A program made the position numbers and the translations under genes. Shown here piece after piece: positions 61,291 to 64,000 of a stretch of 64,000 nt of DNA. The notes beneath the pieces are model-generated. The model saw only the letters and a list, made by a program, of their open reading frames with translations, had not been told where the DNA came from and did no database searches. Within the stretch, counting starts at the first letter, position 1. Every line of letters begins with the position of its first letter. Source of the DNA: Candidatus Poribacteria bacterium (GTDB taxonomy: Bacteria; Poribacteria; WGA-4E; WGA-3G); NCBI GenBank assembly GCA_965205025.1, contig CBDBFU010000013.1, positions 96,001-160,000 of the forward strand, in the 5' to 3' direction.

Positions 61291-63456
61291 ATGAAGTATT
61301 TGAAATTTGTTATTTTCTGTGTCTTGTGTGTTGTTTTATTTCCGCTTATAACGCGTGCGAAAACTGTGAGTATTCCCGATACTAATTTGCGTGGTGCAAT
61401 TGAAAATACACTTGGCAAATCATCTGGTGCGACGATCACTGAGGATGATATGGCATTGATGAAAGTGTTGCGAGCCAACGACAGAGGCATCTCTGATCTA
61501 ACGGGGCTTGAATCTGCAAGCCGTCTGCGAGAACTGCATCTCAATCGTAATACGATAACGGATCTCTCACCCCTTTCTGGGTTGAATAAGTTATATCGGT
61601 TAGAGCTAAATCACAATGAAACGCTATCGGATCTGTCCCCTTTATCAAGTTTGCCCATCTTAAATATACTATTTGTTAAGTTTAACATTATATCGGATTT
61701 ATCCTCGCTTACGGATTTATCCACCTTGCATCATCTACAGATGGGTCATAACATTATAGAAGATTTATCCCCGGTTGCTGGCTTACACAATCTGAGAAGG
61801 ATCGGTATAGAAGACAACCTCATAACAGATCTCACGCCACTCAAGGATTTAAACAAACTTGAATGGATAGGTATGAGTGGCAATCCGCCTGCAGACCTCA
61901 CTCCACTTTCAGGGTTGCTGAGCCTGGGAGGCATTCGTTCTTGGGGCACACCGATATTAGACCTTGCCCCATTGAAAGACTTACCGAAGCTGCGCGTGCT
62001 TGATATTTGTGGTGGCGAAATATCAGATATTTCTGCGTTAGCAGAGATGACGAACCTCACAGAGATATATTTAGTGGGTAACGCCATTACAGACATATCA
62101 TCGTTAGCAAGTCTCACACACTTGACACGGTTGAATCTGAGTGAGAATGAGATCGTGGACATCTCTCCGGTTGTGGGATTAGGGAATTTGCGGTGGTTTT
62201 CCTTTTATGATAACGCTGTCTCGGATACCTCTATGATTGATGATTTATCTGAGAGCGGTGTTGTTCTTGTTTATCACAACAATCCAATATTTCCGAGTGG
62301 TGGCACGAAGATTGTGGGACCGTGGCTTTGGATAATCGTTCCTGGTGATCGTATCACCGAAGGGGATGCGTTATCTGTCGCGAGTGATGGGCGCGGGACA
62401 GAGCAGAAGGTCGCGACCGTGGGGGCATCGGAAGGCAAACGCGTTGGTAACAACGTTTGGACAGCGGATACGATATCGGCCTCGGGTGGAAATAATATCG
62501 GTGAGATGCTGAAGCGTCAAGGCGTAGGAAACAATGGGATTGTCTACGGTTCTGCGACGATAGAATCACCGCGCGAGCAACAGACACGTATGTTCGTAGG
62601 ACATCGAGATGGTATTCGCCTCTGGCTCAATGGTGAGGTGATTTATCAGAAGAACAGTGGAAATCACAGGCAAGGGTATCACACCTTTTTCACTGTTACG
62701 CTGAAAGCTGGGACGAATGTGTTGTTAGCAGGACTTGACAACCATCCGAACCATTTCGATCAATTCCATGCATCCTTCGGATTTGACGCAGATACAGACT
62801 ATACTGTCAATGAACCGATTTCACGCGATACGATACCTGCTTATGATGTGAATGAAGATGGTCAAATCAGTATTTTAGATTTGATACTGGTTGGACAAGA
62901 CTACGGCAAATCCCCGCCAGTCAATGTGCGCGCCGATGTCAATGGTGATGGGCATGTGAACATAAGGGACATCGTTCTTGTCGCTGGGCATCTGGGCGAA
63001 ATAACAGGTATACCGGCTGCCCCTGAGTTGCTCACACACAACAGTCTATCCCCAACCAATCTATCGTTTTGGATAAAAACGGCACAGGTTGAAGATGACG
63101 GATCGTTTGTTTACCGACAAGGGATCGCAACGCTTCAACTGCTTTTGACAACGCTAACCCCGCAGCAGACAGCACTGCTCGCTAACTATCCCAATCCGTT
63201 CAACCCAGAAACCTGGATACCTTACCAGTTAGCTGCTGCCGCGGATGTCTCCTTGACGATTCATAGTACGGATGGACAGCAGGTTCGGAAGTTGTCGTTA
63301 GGACATAAACCCGCAGGTATCTATGAAAGCAAAAACCGTGCTGCATATTGGGATGGAAAAAACGAACTCGGTGAACCTATCGCAAATGGGGTGTATTACT
63401 ACACGCTCACAGCTGGCGATTTCAGCGCCACGCGTAAAATGCTAATTATAAAATAA
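61291..63456 (+). CDS. Secreted internalin-like LRR protein with PA14-like domain, dockerin and FlgD/T9SS-like C-terminus
   Basis: IPD.NLR cap, 22-aa LRRs, DVNEDG/DVNGDG, NYPNPFNPETWIPY...WDG.N..G. Confidence 0.88.
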   Translation: MKYLKFVIFCVLCVVLFPLITRAKTVSIPDTNLRGAIENTLGKSSGATITEDDMALMKVLRANDRGISDLTGLESASRLRELHLNRNTITDLSPLSGLNKLYRLELNHNETLSDLSPLSSLPILNILFVKFNIISDLSSLTDLSTLHHLQMGHNIIEDLSPVAGLHNLRRIGIEDNLITDLTPLKDLNKLEWIGMSGNPPADLTPLSGLLSLGGIRSWGTPILDLAPLKDLPKLRVLDICGGEISDISALAEMTNLTEIYLVGNAITDISSLASLTHLTRLNLSENEIVDISPVVGLGNLRWFSFYDNAVSDTSMIDDLSESGVVLVYHNNPIFPSGGTKIVGPWLWIIVPGDRITEGDALSVASDGRGTEQKVATVGASEGKRVGNNVWTADTISASGGNNIGEMLKRQGVGNNGIVYGSATIESPREQQTRMFVGHRDGIRLWLNGEVIYQKNSGNHRQGYHTFFTVTLKAGTNVLLAGLDNHPNHFDQFHASFGFDADTDYTVNEPISRDTIPAYDVNEDGQISILDLILVGQDYGKSPPVNVRADVNGDGHVNIRDIVLVAGHLGEITGIPAAPELLTHNSLSPTNLSFWIKTAQVEDDGSFVYRQGIATLQLLLTTLTPQQTALLANYPNPFNPETWIPYQLAAAADVSLTIHSTDGQQVRKLSLGHKPAGIYESKNRAAYWDGKNELGEPIANGVYYYTLTAGDFSATRKMLIIK

Positions 63457-63467
63457 GGAAGGTCTTC

Positions 63468-64000
63468 ATGAAAAATCATATCCTCTTTGTTGTGCTCTCC
63501 GCTATCACTATTTTCGGGATAAACACAGCACAAGCACAAGATACACTTGGACAACAAGCCTACGCTATCCTTGAAAATAAATGTCTCAACTGCCACGGCA
63601 CCGGCGGTTCATTTACAGAACAACTTCTGATAGCAGACAGGGATCAACTCATCGCGGGTGGTAGTGTTGTGCCAAATAACCTTGATGCTTCTGAACTGTA
63701 TCAACGACTGATTAGCACGGATATAGCAAAGCGGATGCCACTTGGACAAGCAGCTTTATCTGATAACGCCATCGCGATAATTAGCGATTGGATCACACAA
63801 GGGGCACCAGATTGGATGGTTGAACAAGACATCAACTTCATCACAACTGATACACTGCTTGACACGATACGAATCCATCTTGATAGTTTGGAATCTTATG
63901 AGCGTCCTTATGCGCGCTATTTTTCATTGACGCATCTTTACAACGCTGGCGAAACGGCTGAAAACCTACAAGCCTATCGGAACGCACTTTCTAAACTGGT
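63468..64000 (+). CDS. Secreted planctomycete-type cytochrome c domain protein (partial)
   Basis: Manual translation: signal peptide, KCLNCHG, RMP, WI.QGAP; open to the window end. Confidence 0.82.
   Translation, partial: MKNHILFVVLSAITIFGINTAQAQDTLGQQAYAILENKCLNCHGTGGSFTEQLLIADRDQLIAGGSVVPNNLDASELYQRLISTDIAKRMPLGQAALSDNAIAIISDWITQGAPDWMVEQDINFITTDTLLDTIRIHLDSLESYERPYARYFSLTHLYNAGETAENLQAYRNALSKL

Noticed and set aside
20-63596. Numerous short antisense or alternative-frame ORFs in the track
   Set aside because: Shadows of longer motif-bearing genes.

Overview
AT-rich bacterial chromosome window, most likely Candidatus Poribacteria. The basis is the Poribacteria-type C-terminal V.P..K..T.WG.LK motif, an LRR-dockerin-FlgD/T9SS-like protein, DUF1552/DUF1592, a DUF6785-like protein and PSCyt1-type cytochromes; the taxonomy is inferred. 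Housekeeping genes are an S41 protease, an LpxL-like acyltransferase, RNase P RNA, nrdJ, aroC, pyrD and a pyrB carrying a PyrI-type zinc domain. Accessory content: (1) a co-directional cluster of two half-CHAD genes, a ROK kinase and a 557-aa protein that reads as VTC plus a degenerate CYTH domain, a candidate polyphosphate module; (2) a PARIS-like ABC ATPase + DUF4435/TOPRIM pair; (3) a tandem duplication of two C-type lectin genes; (4) a stand-alone TIR/NDT-like gene. Mobile DNA: two IS701 copies with 5-bp TSDs, one IS630 plus an internally deleted derivative, an IS1595 relic, and many miniature elements made of IS ends wrapped around REP-like hairpins, one of them nested. Several intergenic gene fragments are present, including a 61-bp inverted copy of a gluconolactonase segment just downstream of its own stop codon. 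Seven +1 frameshifts look like sequencing indels. No tRNA, rRNA or CRISPR array was seen.
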